Shown: positions 46,865 to 56,921, counted from the stretch's first letter. The stretch: DNA of 64,000 nt from an uncultured Fibrobacterota bacterium (GCA_963729895.1 CAVSQB010000008.1:32001-96000); one strand, 5' to 3'. Program-made: numbers and translations. Notes: a model not told the origin generated them from the letters alone.

Positions 46865-47046
46865 GCTCGCTCCTTTCGCCCCTGCATACCCGTGCGTCCG
46901 TCGTTTTCAGGAACTCGGATTCTCCCGCCGCCAATCCATGGTAAAATAAATAGGGGCGAATTTCGAAATCACAATGCGATTACGTTTCCCTGGATGCGGT
47001 GCAAATACGATTTTGTAGTACCGACGTTTAGCAAGCGGGAGTGTGC

Positions 47047-47412
47047 ATGCGGTTTGTTTTGACTTGCAAGAAAAAGGACAGCCACCTTATCTTTTACCTG
47101 AGCGGTGACCTCACCTACGAAGGCTCCTGCACACTTAAAGAAGCTTTCGGCGAGGCAATCGGACGCGGCGAAAAGCGGCTCGTTCTCAATCTGGAGGGCC
47201 TCAAGATCATTGCGAGTTACTCTTTGTCAACAATCCTCAAGCTTTCCTATCTTGCCAAGAAGAACCACGCGACACTCGCCATTGTCTGTCCTGAGGGAAA
47301 TGTCTGGGACGTCTTCTACGTCCTGGAAATCGGGAAAGTGATACCCCTGTTTTCGTCGGAAGAAGATTTCTGGAAATCTGCGAAACCTGATGCAGCTGCG
47401 GCCGCAGTCTGA
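47047..47412 (+). CDS. STAS-domain anti-sigma-factor antagonist
   Basis: LSGDL..LVLNLEGLKIIASYSLSTI..IPLFSSEE pattern. Confidence 0.7.
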   Translation: MRFVLTCKKKDSHLIFYLSGDLTYEGSCTLKEAFGEAIGRGEKRLVLNLEGLKIIASYSLSTILKLSYLAKKNHATLAIVCPEGNVWDVFYVLEIGKVIPLFSSEEDFWKSAKPDAAAAAV

Positions 47413-47693
47413 TTGAGTTTCTTACGTCGGGACACATTGGGCTGCGGTCGGTTTCCGGGAATGCGGTCGCGCATTGTGCAGTAACCGTGCAACAAATGCA
47501 GACGGGAAGCCAAAGGGAAGTTTGCTCCAGACTCACCGGAAAAGCCGAGTTTGCCGGCCTACTATTACCTTGACTTCACTTCGCACCAGACGTACTTTAA
47601 TTTCACAAAAATTGCGCGTCGCGCTGTCGGGTGCGCACGCGGTGTGCGCAAAAGCTTTCGCCCTTTCCTTGACAATTTCAAAGGACATAGGTA

Positions 47694-49043
47694 TTGTTTC
47701 GGTCACTTGGCTTTCGCGGCGGGATTCATCCTCCAAGGGACAGGAGCCCCGCGGCGAATTCACCCATTGAAACGCTTCCTCCGCCCGCCAGAGTCATTAT
47801 TCCGGTACTTCAGCATGCAGGGCCCGCCGCACACATCCTGGTGAAACGCGGGGACAAGGTGCGGATGGGGCAACTTATCGCGGAGCCTTCCACGCCCGAT
47901 TCCGCTGCTGTTCACTCCTCGGTTTCCGGCACGGTTCTTTCGGTCTCAGGATTTCCTCACCCGTCAGGCGAGCGCGTGCTTGCAGCGGAAATAGAAAATG
48001 ACGGCCGCGACCTGGCCGCCGAAACCACCGGCATGGAAAAGGAATGGGGCGAAGCCTCTTCCCAGGAAATCGTGCGGAGGATTTCCGCATGCGGGATAGT
48101 GGGCATGGGCGGCGCGGGAATACCCGCACACCTCAAACTTTCGCCGCCCGCAGACAAGCCTATCGACGTATTCATCGTCAATTGCACCGAATGCGAACCG
48201 CTCGTTTCCGCAGATTTCGTTCTTATCAAGCATCATGCCGTAGAAATCCTTGCCGGCGCCCGCATCATTCAAAAGATTCTGGGCGCAAAGAAGGCACTTG
48301 TCGCGGTAGACAGCGCAGCAGGCGAAGCCGTGACAGCGCTGTCCGCCCTACTCAAAGACCGGGAATTCCGCGATCTTTCACTCGTTTCATTACGGCCGAA
48401 ATATCCCCAAAGCGCTGAAAAGATCCTCGTTAAAACGCTCACAAAGCGCGAAATTCCCTCGTGTGGAAGAGCGGCCGACGCCGGCTGCGTGGTGCACAAT
48501 GCCGCCACCGTCCGCGCCATCGCGCAGGCCGTGCTGGCCGGGACCCCGTTGTACCAGCGCGTACTCACCGCGGGCGGGCCGTGCGTTGCGACGCCAAAAA
48601 ACCTGCTCGTACGCATCGGAACGCCGGTGCGCGACGTCCTTGAAAGGTGCGGCGCGGACATGAAGCGCGCAACGAAAATAATCATGGGAGGTCCCATGCG
48701 CGGCAACGCCCAGGCGGATCTCGAAACGCCGGTGATCAAGACCACCTACGGGGTTTTCGCATACGACACGCTCGTCCCGGGCGTCAAGCGATACGACTGC
48801 ATCGGCTGCGGCAGATGCGCGCGGGCGTGTCCGATGCGCCTGTACCCCTCCTACCTGATGCGATTTGTTGACAAAAAGAAAACGGCCGACGTCCGGGAAT
48901 GGGGCGTTGCCGACTGCATCGAGTGCGGGTCCTGCGCCTACGTGTGCCCGGCGAAAATCAATCTGGTCCATTTCATGAAACTGGGAAAATACCGTCTTGG
49001 CGGTCCCGATGCCGGCCGGGCGGAGTGTGAGGGTTTGGCATGA
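47694..49043 (+). CDS. rnfC: Rnf complex subunit C (divergent)
   Basis: FRGGIHPP, QHAG, VHSSVSG, GIVGMGGAG, ECEP, GGPM, CIGCGRCARACP, CIECGSCAYVCP; TTG start. Confidence 0.88.
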   Translation: MFRSLGFRGGIHPPRDRSPAANSPIETLPPPARVIIPVLQHAGPAAHILVKRGDKVRMGQLIAEPSTPDSAAVHSSVSGTVLSVSGFPHPSGERVLAAEIENDGRDLAAETTGMEKEWGEASSQEIVRRISACGIVGMGGAGIPAHLKLSPPADKPIDVFIVNCTECEPLVSADFVLIKHHAVEILAGARIIQKILGAKKALVAVDSAAGEAVTALSALLKDREFRDLSLVSLRPKYPQSAEKILVKTLTKREIPSCGRAADAGCVVHNAATVRAIAQAVLAGTPLYQRVLTAGGPCVATPKNLLVRIGTPVRDVLERCGADMKRATKIIMGGPMRGNAQADLETPVIKTTYGVFAYDTLVPGVKRYDCIGCGRCARACPMRLYPSYLMRFVDKKKTADVREWGVADCIECGSCAYVCPAKINLVHFMKLGKYRLGGPDAGRAECEGLA

Positions 49044-50080
49044 ACGAAACCGTTCCGGTAACCGCACAGCCGCTGCTGCACGTGTCCACGCCCCCGCATA
49101 TCCGGCAAAACGAAAGCGTGCCTACGATCATGCTGTCGGTGATCATCGCGCTCGTTCCCACGCTTGCGGCTTCGGCGGTGTTTTTCGGGGGACGCGCCCT
49201 TGCCCTCACCCTGGTGTGCGCGGGAACGTCCGTCGGAACCGAGGCGCTGTTGTGTCTTCTTCTCCGTAAACCTCAGTCGGTTGCCGACCTGAGCGCCGCG
49301 GTGTCGGGCCTGCTGCTCGCCTGCACGCTCCCGCCCGGACTTCCTTTCTGGATGGCTGCCGTGGGAGGCGTGTTTGCGATTGCCGTTGTCAAGATGGCAT
49401 TCGGCGGATTGGGCCACAATCCGGTAAATCCCGCCCTTGCGGCGCGCGCGTTTCTCATGGTGTCGTTTCCGTCCGCGATGTCGGCGTTTAGTGCGCCGGT
49501 CCACGGAACCCTGTTCGGGCTCGAAAAAGGGCTCGACGGCGTGTCGGCCGCAACCCCGCTGGTCTACTTCAAGAATGCCATGGCCTCGGGCAATTTCCAC
49601 CCGCTCGACCTCCAGGACGCCATCGGCAGCCTTGTGCTGGGCAATGTGGGCGGCTGCCTCGGGGCCACATCCGGGCTTGCCATACTCGCCGGAGCGATTT
49701 TTCTTTTGTATAGAGGCATTATCAGGTTCAGGACTCCTTTCGCGTTTATCGGCAGTGTGTTTCTCCTGAGCTGGATATTCAACGGCACGGGTGACATTTT
49801 CTCCACCGAGGCGTTTATCGTGCCGCTCTATCAGGTGTTCGGCGGCGGCATCATACTCGGCGCGTTCTTCCTTGCGGCCGATCCTGTCTCCACCCCCATG
49901 ACGCCCTCCGGAAGGCTCTTCTTTGGGGTCGGATGCGGCCTGATCACCTTTCTCATAAGGAAATTCGGCGCCTACCCGGACGGCGTGTGCTGGGCGATCC
50001 TGCTGATGAATTTTTGCGTCCCGATCCTCGACCGGTATGGCAGACCGGGGCGTTTTGGCGAAAGGAAGCAACATGCATGA
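49040..50080 (+). CDS. rnfD: Rnf complex subunit D
   Basis: PHIR, FGGLGHNPVNPAL, DGVSAATPL flavinylation motif, DPVSTP, YPDGV. Confidence 0.9.
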   Translation: MNETVPVTAQPLLHVSTPPHIRQNESVPTIMLSVIIALVPTLAASAVFFGGRALALTLVCAGTSVGTEALLCLLLRKPQSVADLSAAVSGLLLACTLPPGLPFWMAAVGGVFAIAVVKMAFGGLGHNPVNPALAARAFLMVSFPSAMSAFSAPVHGTLFGLEKGLDGVSAATPLVYFKNAMASGNFHPLDLQDAIGSLVLGNVGGCLGATSGLAILAGAIFLLYRGIIRFRTPFAFIGSVFLLSWIFNGTGDIFSTEAFIVPLYQVFGGGIILGAFFLAADPVSTPMTPSGRLFFGVGCGLITFLIRKFGAYPDGVCWAILLMNFCVPILDRYGRPGRFGERKQHA

Positions 50081-50279
50081 CGTGCTGAAATCCGCTGCGG
50101 CCATGATGCTCGTTGCAATTCTTGCGGGGCTCTTCATTGTGTTTACACATGCGTCAACGGCCGGAGGAGGCGGGGTAATCCAGCCGTCAGCGCGGAGCGC
50201 GGACGCCGCAGTTGGGCCGGATTCGACGGCGCCTGCCCGCCCGGACAGCCCTAAGACGGCCGCGCAGGGGGCCAAATGA
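50073..50279 (+). pseudogene. rnfG: RnfG remnant (membrane anchor only, 68 aa)
   Basis: Occupies the rnfG position and overlaps both neighbours; one N-terminal TM then an A/P/G/S-rich tail; no FMN-binding domain or (S/T)GAT motif. Confidence 0.55.
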
Positions 50280-50878
50280 TCAAGGACGAAGTGGCCCGTG
50301 GCATTGCGGCCCAAAATCCCGTGCTCAGGCTCGCACTCGGCCTCTGCCCTGCACTGGCGGTGACCGCCACCATCAACGACGCGCTTGTCATGGGCATGCT
50401 GGTGCTGTGCGTTCTTGCAGCGTCAAGTTTTGCCGTTTCCGTCACCAGAAACCTGATTCCTCACCGGGTGAGAATTCCCTGCCACATTCTGATCGTGGCG
50501 GCGTTCGCCTCAATGGCCGGCATCCTGCTTTCCGTCCGCGCTCCCCACGCAAGCGCCGCCCTTGGAATCTACGTTCCTCTCATTGCGGTCAATTGCCTCA
50601 TTCTTGACAGAGCAGAAACATACGCTTCAAAAAATAAAGCCCTGGCTTCCCTGGTCGACGGGATCGGCATGGGGCTGGGGTTCACCGGCGCACTGTTCCT
50701 GTGTTCGGTGGTGCGCGAGCTGCTCGGCAGCTTCAGCCTCTTCGGCGTCAAAGTGATTCCCGGCAGCCACCCGCTGCTTGCCCTCACACGTTCCTGCGGC
50801 GGGTTCTTCAGCCTGGCGCTCGTGCTCGGGACGCTCAATTTCCTGCGGCAAAGAAAAGAAAAGGCGGATGTGCAATGA
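50276..50878 (+). CDS. rnfE: Rnf complex subunit E
   Basis: NPVL..LGLCPALAVT, VRIP, LGIYVPLIAVNC..RAE, DGIGMGLGF, RELLG. Confidence 0.9.
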   Translation: MIKDEVARGIAAQNPVLRLALGLCPALAVTATINDALVMGMLVLCVLAASSFAVSVTRNLIPHRVRIPCHILIVAAFASMAGILLSVRAPHASAALGIYVPLIAVNCLILDRAETYASKNKALASLVDGIGMGLGFTGALFLCSVVRELLGSFSLFGVKVIPGSHPLLALTRSCGGFFSLALVLGTLNFLRQRKEKADVQ

Positions 50879-51495
50879 ACTGGACCGGTATTCTCGAACT
50901 GAGCGTTGCATCGATTCTTGTCAACAACATCGTGCTCACGCGCCTTATCGGTGTGTGTCCGCTGTGCGGCACGCATAAAAAACTGTCGGACGCCCTGGGC
51001 ATGGGGCTGTCGGCAATCGTCGTAATGGGAGTCGCCTCCACGCTTGCGTGGTTCATCAACCGTTATCTTCTCCTCCCCCTGAACATCGAGTACCTGCAAA
51101 CATTCGTTTTTATCCTGGTTATCATGTCCCTCACGCTGATCGGCGACATGGCGCTCATGAAGCTGGCTCCCGGCGTGTACAAACGGGCGGGAAAATACCT
51201 GCCCGCGCTCGCCTCCAACTGCGCCGTTATCGCCGTGGCGCTCGTATCGGCGCAGGCCAATCCCGTTACCCACAAACCATTCTCGCTGGTGGAGGCATTT
51301 GTCAATGGCATTGCCACCGGCGCAGGATTCACGCTGGCGCTGGTTCTCATGTCTTCGCTGCAGGAACGCCTCGAATTCGCCGACATTCCACGGCCGCTTA
51401 AAGGGCTTCCAGCCGCGTTCCTGGGCGCCGGCCTTCTGTCACTCGCCTTTCTCGGATTTTCCGGCCTTCACTTTTTCCCGGGATTTGGAGGGTAG
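50875..51495 (+). CDS. rnfA: Rnf complex subunit A
   Basis: NNIVL..GVCP, ALGMG, YLQTFVFILVI, YLP..NCAV, GLLSLAFLGFSG. Confidence 0.88.
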   Translation: MNWTGILELSVASILVNNIVLTRLIGVCPLCGTHKKLSDALGMGLSAIVVMGVASTLAWFINRYLLLPLNIEYLQTFVFILVIMSLTLIGDMALMKLAPGVYKRAGKYLPALASNCAVIAVALVSAQANPVTHKPFSLVEAFVNGIATGAGFTLALVLMSSLQERLEFADIPRPLKGLPAAFLGAGLLSLAFLGFSGLHFFPGFGG

Positions 51496-51498
51496 GCT

Positions 51499-52518
51499 GT
51501 GGCGTTTGCGCTTCCGATGCTCGTTTTGGGTTCTCTCGGCCTTCTGGCCGGCGCGGGGTTCGGCGCGGCATCGAGGAAATTTCATGCGCCTGCGGACGCT
51601 AAAGTCAAGAAAATCGCGCTCACACTTCCCGACGCAGATTGCGGCGCATGCGGCTTCGCCACTTGCCGGGAGTTTGCAAATGCAGTGGCCGAAGGCAGGG
51701 CATCGCCAACGGGCTGCGTCCCCGGCGGCTCAAAAGCGGCCCACGAAATCGGCGATATCCTCGGCATCGCGGTTACTCCGCCGGACGCGGTGATGGCGGT
51801 GGTTCACTGCAACGGAGGACTCAAGGAAGCCTCACAGCGCTGCGTGTACGAGGGCATCCAGGATTGTTGTGCGGCGATCCTGGCAGGCAACGGACAGAAA
51901 ACCTGCACAAGCGGCTGCCTTGGCCTGGGAAGCTGCGTGGCCGCCTGTCCGTTCGACGCGATCCGCGTGAACGGAAACGGCATTGCGGTTGTAAATCAGG
52001 AAGCGTGCACCGGGTGCGGCCAGTGCGTGCGCGCATGCCCCCGTTCCATCATAGAACTCATCCCGCGGGTGCACAAGATCTATCTCGCCTGCGCAAATCA
52101 CGACCGCGGTTCCCGGGTGAAAAACTATTGCACCGTGGGGTGCACCGCGTGCACGCTGTGCGTCAAGGCAACGCCTTCGGGCGCCATTACCATGGGAGAC
52201 AACCTGCCCCTGCTCAATTACTTCTCGGACGACAACTTCGTTGTGGCCGCCTACACATGCCCGTCCGGCTGTTTCGCAGATCTTGTCAAGTTCAGGCCCA
52301 AAGTCAACATCGACGCAAAATGCACCGGCTGCGGCGACTGCGTCCGTGCGTGCCCCACCGGCGCAATCGCCGGCGAAAAAGGCCTTCGCCACGTTGTCAA
52401 CAAGGAGAAGTGCATCGGCTGCGGACTGTGCCTCAACACCTGCCCCGTGCATGCCATCGCGATGTGGGGAGGTTTGGGGTATGCACAGGACACCAGGAGG
52501 AGAATTTCAAGGGCGTAG
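51499..52518 (+). CDS. rnfB: Rnf complex subunit B (polyferredoxin type)
   Basis: N-terminal TM, LP..CGACG..C..CVPGG, multiple CxxCxxCxxxCP motifs. Confidence 0.9.
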   Translation: MAFALPMLVLGSLGLLAGAGFGAASRKFHAPADAKVKKIALTLPDADCGACGFATCREFANAVAEGRASPTGCVPGGSKAAHEIGDILGIAVTPPDAVMAVVHCNGGLKEASQRCVYEGIQDCCAAILAGNGQKTCTSGCLGLGSCVAACPFDAIRVNGNGIAVVNQEACTGCGQCVRACPRSIIELIPRVHKIYLACANHDRGSRVKNYCTVGCTACTLCVKATPSGAITMGDNLPLLNYFSDDNFVVAAYTCPSGCFADLVKFRPKVNIDAKCTGCGDCVRACPTGAIAGEKGLRHVVNKEKCIGCGLCLNTCPVHAIAMWGGLGYAQDTRRRISRA

Positions 52519-55500
52519 GTCGGTTCCGATTTTCCCGCATGGCAACAGGGGGTCGTGCTTTATTGAGGGTGTTTCTGTCGATTCCCTGTTCAGTTCCGCC
52601 TTCTTCATGGATATCGCTTTCGTCGGGCACACGCGCAGGCATTTGCCGCAGCGAATACATTCGTCGGAATTGATCCAGATGTACGTTGCCTCGCGCGCAA
52701 GGGCGGATTCCACGACCCCGGTAACCAACCCTTTCCCGTCGGTAAATACGCGCGACACTTTTTTTATGCATTCCCGCGGAGCAACGTCGATGCACCAGTT
52801 GCAGTGTATGCATGTGTCCTGGTCGATTTCGAATTTGTAATGGCAATAGTAGCAGCGCGTGGCGTTGGTTTGAACAGACCTGTCTTCGAACCCGTTTTCA
52901 ACTTCCGCATCGCCGTCGACGCGATCTGAAAGCGGAATCGTGGGCGTTGGCAACGACCATTGATTGTCGTGATCCCGCACACGCCCGGTGATTCCTTCGG
53001 TATCGCCTGCGGTGATGGAAATCGCCATTTTCACTCTTTGACGGCCCATGAGAAACGCGTCAATCGTTTCGGCAGCGGCACGACCGCTTGCCACCGCCTT
53101 TATCACGTTGTCGCTTCCTGAAGCGAAATCTCCAGTGACGAATAATTTGGAATTGGTGGTCAACAAGCCGCCCGTCACATTCGTTCCCTGGGGCAAAATG
53201 TCCCATTCCTGGGTTTGTCCGATTGCAAATATCAAGTGATTGCACGGGACCGTGAAGTCGCTTCCTGCAACGTTGGTGAATGCCGGTTTCCCCTGGCCTT
53301 CGGGACCAAGAACGTTTCTTCTAAACGTGAGCGCGGCAAGCGAACCGTTTTCAACGCGGGCCGAAACCGGGCTCACCAAGGTTTTCACCAAAATGTTTTC
53401 GCGCAGCAGCTCGTCCAATTCCCCGGAATTGAGGGCCATGTGGCGCTCGGACCTCCTGTACATGATCGTCACGCTGCCGTTTTCGCCCAGCAGGCGCCGC
53501 GCGGTCCGGGCGCACGATCGGGCGCAGTCCACTGCGGTAAATCCGCCGCCGATGATGACGACATCTCCCGAGAGGCTTTTCGTAACGCCGCGGTTGTAGC
53601 TGCGCATGAATTCGATGCCCGAGATCGCCATATCGCCCGAAAGTCCCGGAATGTCGATGCGGTTCACTTTCATAGTTCCCGCGGCAATACATACTGCGTC
53701 ATATTTGTCAAGCAGCGATGCCGCTCGATCACCGGCGATGCGTTGGTTGAGGCGGACATCAACGCCCCGTGCGGTAATCAGACCGACTTCGCGTTCCACC
53801 ACTTCGCCGGGGAGCCGGAAACGCGGTATGCCGTCTATCATCATGCCGCCGAGCCGGTCTTCCTTTTCGTAAAGGGTGACGGTGTGGCCGAACCGGACAA
53901 GTTCCCGCGTCGCCGTCAGCCCTGCAGGGCCGCCGCCTATCACCGCTATTCGTTTGCCGGTTGCGGCAAAGATGGGCGGAAGCGGCTTGATATCATTCGA
54001 CGCCCGGTCCGCCGCGGCCCGCTTTAAATGGCAGATATCCACCGGCCCATTTACGTTTGTCCAATTGTGCCGGCATGCGGGTTCGCAGGGCCTGGTGCAA
54101 ACGCGCCCCAGCACGCCGGGAAATACGTTGCACTCAAGGTTCATCCGGTACGATGCCTCGGCGTCGCCTTGCGCAAGAAGCTCGATGTACCCCGGCACGT
54201 TTGTCTTGGCAGGGCATGCTTCCTGGCACGGAATGTCTTTTGCGATGACCGCAAAATCACCGATGGATTGAACGTGGCAGGGAGGCGCCGCCTGATATTC
54301 CGTCAATGCCGGGGCAGTTGCGTATGGGCCGTAATGCGAAACTGCGGCGGAAAACGCCTCCGGTCCGCAACGGCGCGCGGTGTCCACAAGAGATTCGCTT
54401 TCCTTGCGCAGCGCCACAAACGTGTCGAGCACCGCGGCGGTCACGCGCGAGCAATCATCGGCCTTGAATTCTCCGATCTTTACGCCATGAGCCTTTTCGG
54501 TGCCGCCGATAAGCACTTCGTACCCTTCGACCGATCCGACATCTTCGCGTATCCGCATCCCGCGGAACCCGATGTCCGCGATACGGTAGGGTGCACACGA
54601 GTTGGGGCATCCGGTTATGTTGATAAGGCACCGTTCCCGGATCAGCGCGTATTTTTCGTCGGAGACCAGCGGCATAAGCGCATCAAAGAGATCCCGGGTC
54701 GTTGAAACGGCTTTTGGGCAATACGTTGCCCCCACGCAGGCAACCATGTCGCAAAGCCCGTGCACACCACGGGTCGACAATCCAATCTTCTCAATTTCAG
54801 TTTCGCAAGCACTTTTCTTGTCCGCCGTAACGCCGTGGATTTCGCAATTCTGACGGTTGGTGGTGTACACCCTCTGGTCGCCGTATATCTCGGAAAGTTC
54901 GGCGATCCGCCGGAACTGGTCGTGGCGCAATTCGCCTTTAGGCACCCGAATGCGAACGACCCCGGGCGCAATTGCCGCAATTGACGAATCGACAAGCGGA
55001 CGGTCTGGAGCAGCGTCCGGAAGATACTGTACCTGACCGGAAAGAATGTCATTGGTCGGGACTTTCTCATTTTCAAGATTTTGCAGAACGAGCTCACGGC
55101 ATTTTTGAATGCCCAACCGTTCCACGACGAATTTTAGGCGGGCCGTTGCGCGATTAAAACGATCCCCGTGCTCGCGAAAAAGGAGCGCGATTGCACGGGT
55201 AACGTCTGATGCCCGCTCTTTGGGGACAAATGAGAATAGTTCCTGCGCCACAAAGCCCTTCCAACCCATGCCGCCGCCGATGACTGTTTTGAACCCCTCT
55301 TTTTCGACATCGCCCATACGGCGCACGGCGATCATTCCGACGCAATTCATGTAGGGCTGCGCGCATCCGGCTCTGCAACCTGACCAGGTCACCTTGAACT
55401 TTCGCGGCAGATTATCGAGATCGCGGGAATTCGTAAGATAACGCGCCGCGTCGATTGCAAAGGGGCGCACGTTGAATTGCCGGTGGGGGCAGGTCTCGGC

Positions 55501-55905
55501 CATGGGGCAGGCAGCCATGTTCCGCGTGACGTCGCCGCAGCCGTGCAAGGTAGACAATCCTTCTTCGCGCAGCTCGCGAAGGACATCAGCGAGGTTCTGG
55601 AGTTTCACCCAATGATACTGAATTGCCTGACGAGTGGTAATAGACAGGATGCCTTGCCCGTAACTGCGCGAGGTCGCCGCGATGCGCCGCACTTGGGCGG
55701 ACGTGAGCACGCCGCCGGGGACCGTGATGCGGATCATGAAATTGCCCGGCTGGCGCGAACCGTAGATGCCGTACCATTTCGAAACCAACCCTTCTTCCTT
55801 GGACATCACGCCTTTTTTGGCAATTTCATCGTAATCGAGGAAAAGGCCTGCGGCCTTGATCTCTTCGTCCTCGCTGACCCTTTTCATTGTCAACAAACGC
55901 TGCAT
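52507..55905 (-). CDS. Fusion of siroheme sulfite/nitrite reductase, GltD-like FAD/NAD(P)H oxidoreductase and ferredoxin domain
   Basis: MIRITVPGG, TTRQAIQ, GDVTRN, NLPRKFK, CVGATYC/TGCPNSC; CQEACP..GRVCTRPCEPAC, IGGGPAG, IGGGFTAVDCAR, YRRS; CIRCGKCLRVCP; last gene of the cys operon. Confidence 0.85.
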   Translation of the reverse strand: MQRLLTMKRVSEDEEIKAAGLFLDYDEIAKKGVMSKEEGLVSKWYGIYGSRQPGNFMIRITVPGGVLTSAQVRRIAATSRSYGQGILSITTRQAIQYHWVKLQNLADVLRELREEGLSTLHGCGDVTRNMAACPMAETCPHRQFNVRPFAIDAARYLTNSRDLDNLPRKFKVTWSGCRAGCAQPYMNCVGMIAVRRMGDVEKEGFKTVIGGGMGWKGFVAQELFSFVPKERASDVTRAIALLFREHGDRFNRATARLKFVVERLGIQKCRELVLQNLENEKVPTNDILSGQVQYLPDAAPDRPLVDSSIAAIAPGVVRIRVPKGELRHDQFRRIAELSEIYGDQRVYTTNRQNCEIHGVTADKKSACETEIEKIGLSTRGVHGLCDMVACVGATYCPKAVSTTRDLFDALMPLVSDEKYALIRERCLINITGCPNSCAPYRIADIGFRGMRIREDVGSVEGYEVLIGGTEKAHGVKIGEFKADDCSRVTAAVLDTFVALRKESESLVDTARRCGPEAFSAAVSHYGPYATAPALTEYQAAPPCHVQSIGDFAVIAKDIPCQEACPAKTNVPGYIELLAQGDAEASYRMNLECNVFPGVLGRVCTRPCEPACRHNWTNVNGPVDICHLKRAAADRASNDIKPLPPIFAATGKRIAVIGGGPAGLTATRELVRFGHTVTLYEKEDRLGGMMIDGIPRFRLPGEVVEREVGLITARGVDVRLNQRIAGDRAASLLDKYDAVCIAAGTMKVNRIDIPGLSGDMAISGIEFMRSYNRGVTKSLSGDVVIIGGGFTAVDCARSCARTARRLLGENGSVTIMYRRSERHMALNSGELDELLRENILVKTLVSPVSARVENGSLAALTFRRNVLGPEGQGKPAFTNVAGSDFTVPCNHLIFAIGQTQEWDILPQGTNVTGGLLTTNSKLFVTGDFASGSDNVIKAVASGRAAAETIDAFLMGRQRVKMAISITAGDTEGITGRVRDHDNQWSLPTPTIPLSDRVDGDAEVENGFEDRSVQTNATRCYYCHYKFEIDQDTCIHCNWCIDVAPRECIKKVSRVFTDGKGLVTGVVESALAREATYIWINSDECIRCGKCLRVCPTKAISMKKAELNRESTETPSIKHDPLLPCGKIGTDLRP

Positions 55906-55959
55906 ACGATATTCCAGTAGGTAAATTTGTGAAGAAAAGGAGACGAACGTAGTCGCCCT

Positions 55960-56904
55960 TCAATCGTCATAATACAAGAGGGTCGAAAGATACCGTTCCC
56001 CGGTGTCGCACATGATGGTGACGATTCTTTTCCCCTCGTTCTCCGGACGAAGCGCAACGGTAAGCGCGGCGAAGGCGTTGGCGCCCGAGGAAATGCCGAC
56101 CATCAACCCTTCGGTCCGGATTATTTTTTTCGCGGCGTCGATGGCCTGGCGGCTCGTGACGGTTACGATTTCGTCAATAACATCGCGGTCCACGTTGTCG
56201 GGCACGAATCCGGCGCCGATTCCCTGAATCATGTGGGGCCCTGCCTTGCCGCCGGACATGACCGGCGATTCCATAGGTTCCACTGCGATCACCCGTATCC
56301 CGGCGTTCTTTTCCTTTAAGAACTTCCCGGTTCCGCTTACGGTCCCGCCTGTCCCGACCGCCGCAACGAAAATGTCGAGATCGCCCGCCGTGTCGTGCCA
56401 GATTTCAGGGCCCGTGGTGCGATAGTGCACCTCGGGATTTGCCCGGTTTGAAAACTGCTGCGGCATGAAACTGTTCGGAACCTGCGCGCAGAGCAACGTC
56501 GCCTGGCGGACGGCCCCCTCCATGCCTTCTTGCGCCGGGGTGAGCACGATTTCGGCCCCAAAGCCCTGCAATATCTTCCTGCGCTCAATGCTCATGGATT
56601 CCGGCATAGTAAGGATGATCCGGTATCCTTTGATAGCCGCAACCAGCGCCAACCCGATGCCGGTGTTTCCCGACGTGGGTTCGATAATGACGTTTCCTTT
56701 TGCAAGCTTACCTTCCTGTTCCGCTGTTTCGATCATGGCCAGACCGATGCGGTCTTTTACGCTCGATCCAGGGTTAAACGCCTCCACTTTGGCAATGATC
56801 TCCGCATCCGGCGAAAAGCGGGACAACCGCACCAGAGGCGTGTTGCCGATAAGCGAGCAAAGGCTGTCGTGAATTCTCTCTTCGACCCGTGCGGCGTCAA
56901 GCAT
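55960..56904 (-). CDS. cysK: Cysteine synthase A
   Basis: IGNTPLV, NPGSSVKDRIG, EPTSGNTG, GTGGT, HMIQGIG, DTGERYLST. Confidence 0.93.
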   Translation of the reverse strand: MLDAARVEERIHDSLCSLIGNTPLVRLSRFSPDAEIIAKVEAFNPGSSVKDRIGLAMIETAEQEGKLAKGNVIIEPTSGNTGIGLALVAAIKGYRIILTMPESMSIERRKILQGFGAEIVLTPAQEGMEGAVRQATLLCAQVPNSFMPQQFSNRANPEVHYRTTGPEIWHDTAGDLDIFVAAVGTGGTVSGTGKFLKEKNAGIRVIAVEPMESPVMSGGKAGPHMIQGIGAGFVPDNVDRDVIDEIVTVTSRQAIDAAKKIIRTEGLMVGISSGANAFAALTVALRPENEGKRIVTIMCDTGERYLSTLLYYDD

Positions 56905-56921
56905 TGCGGTGTGTTCCTCCC

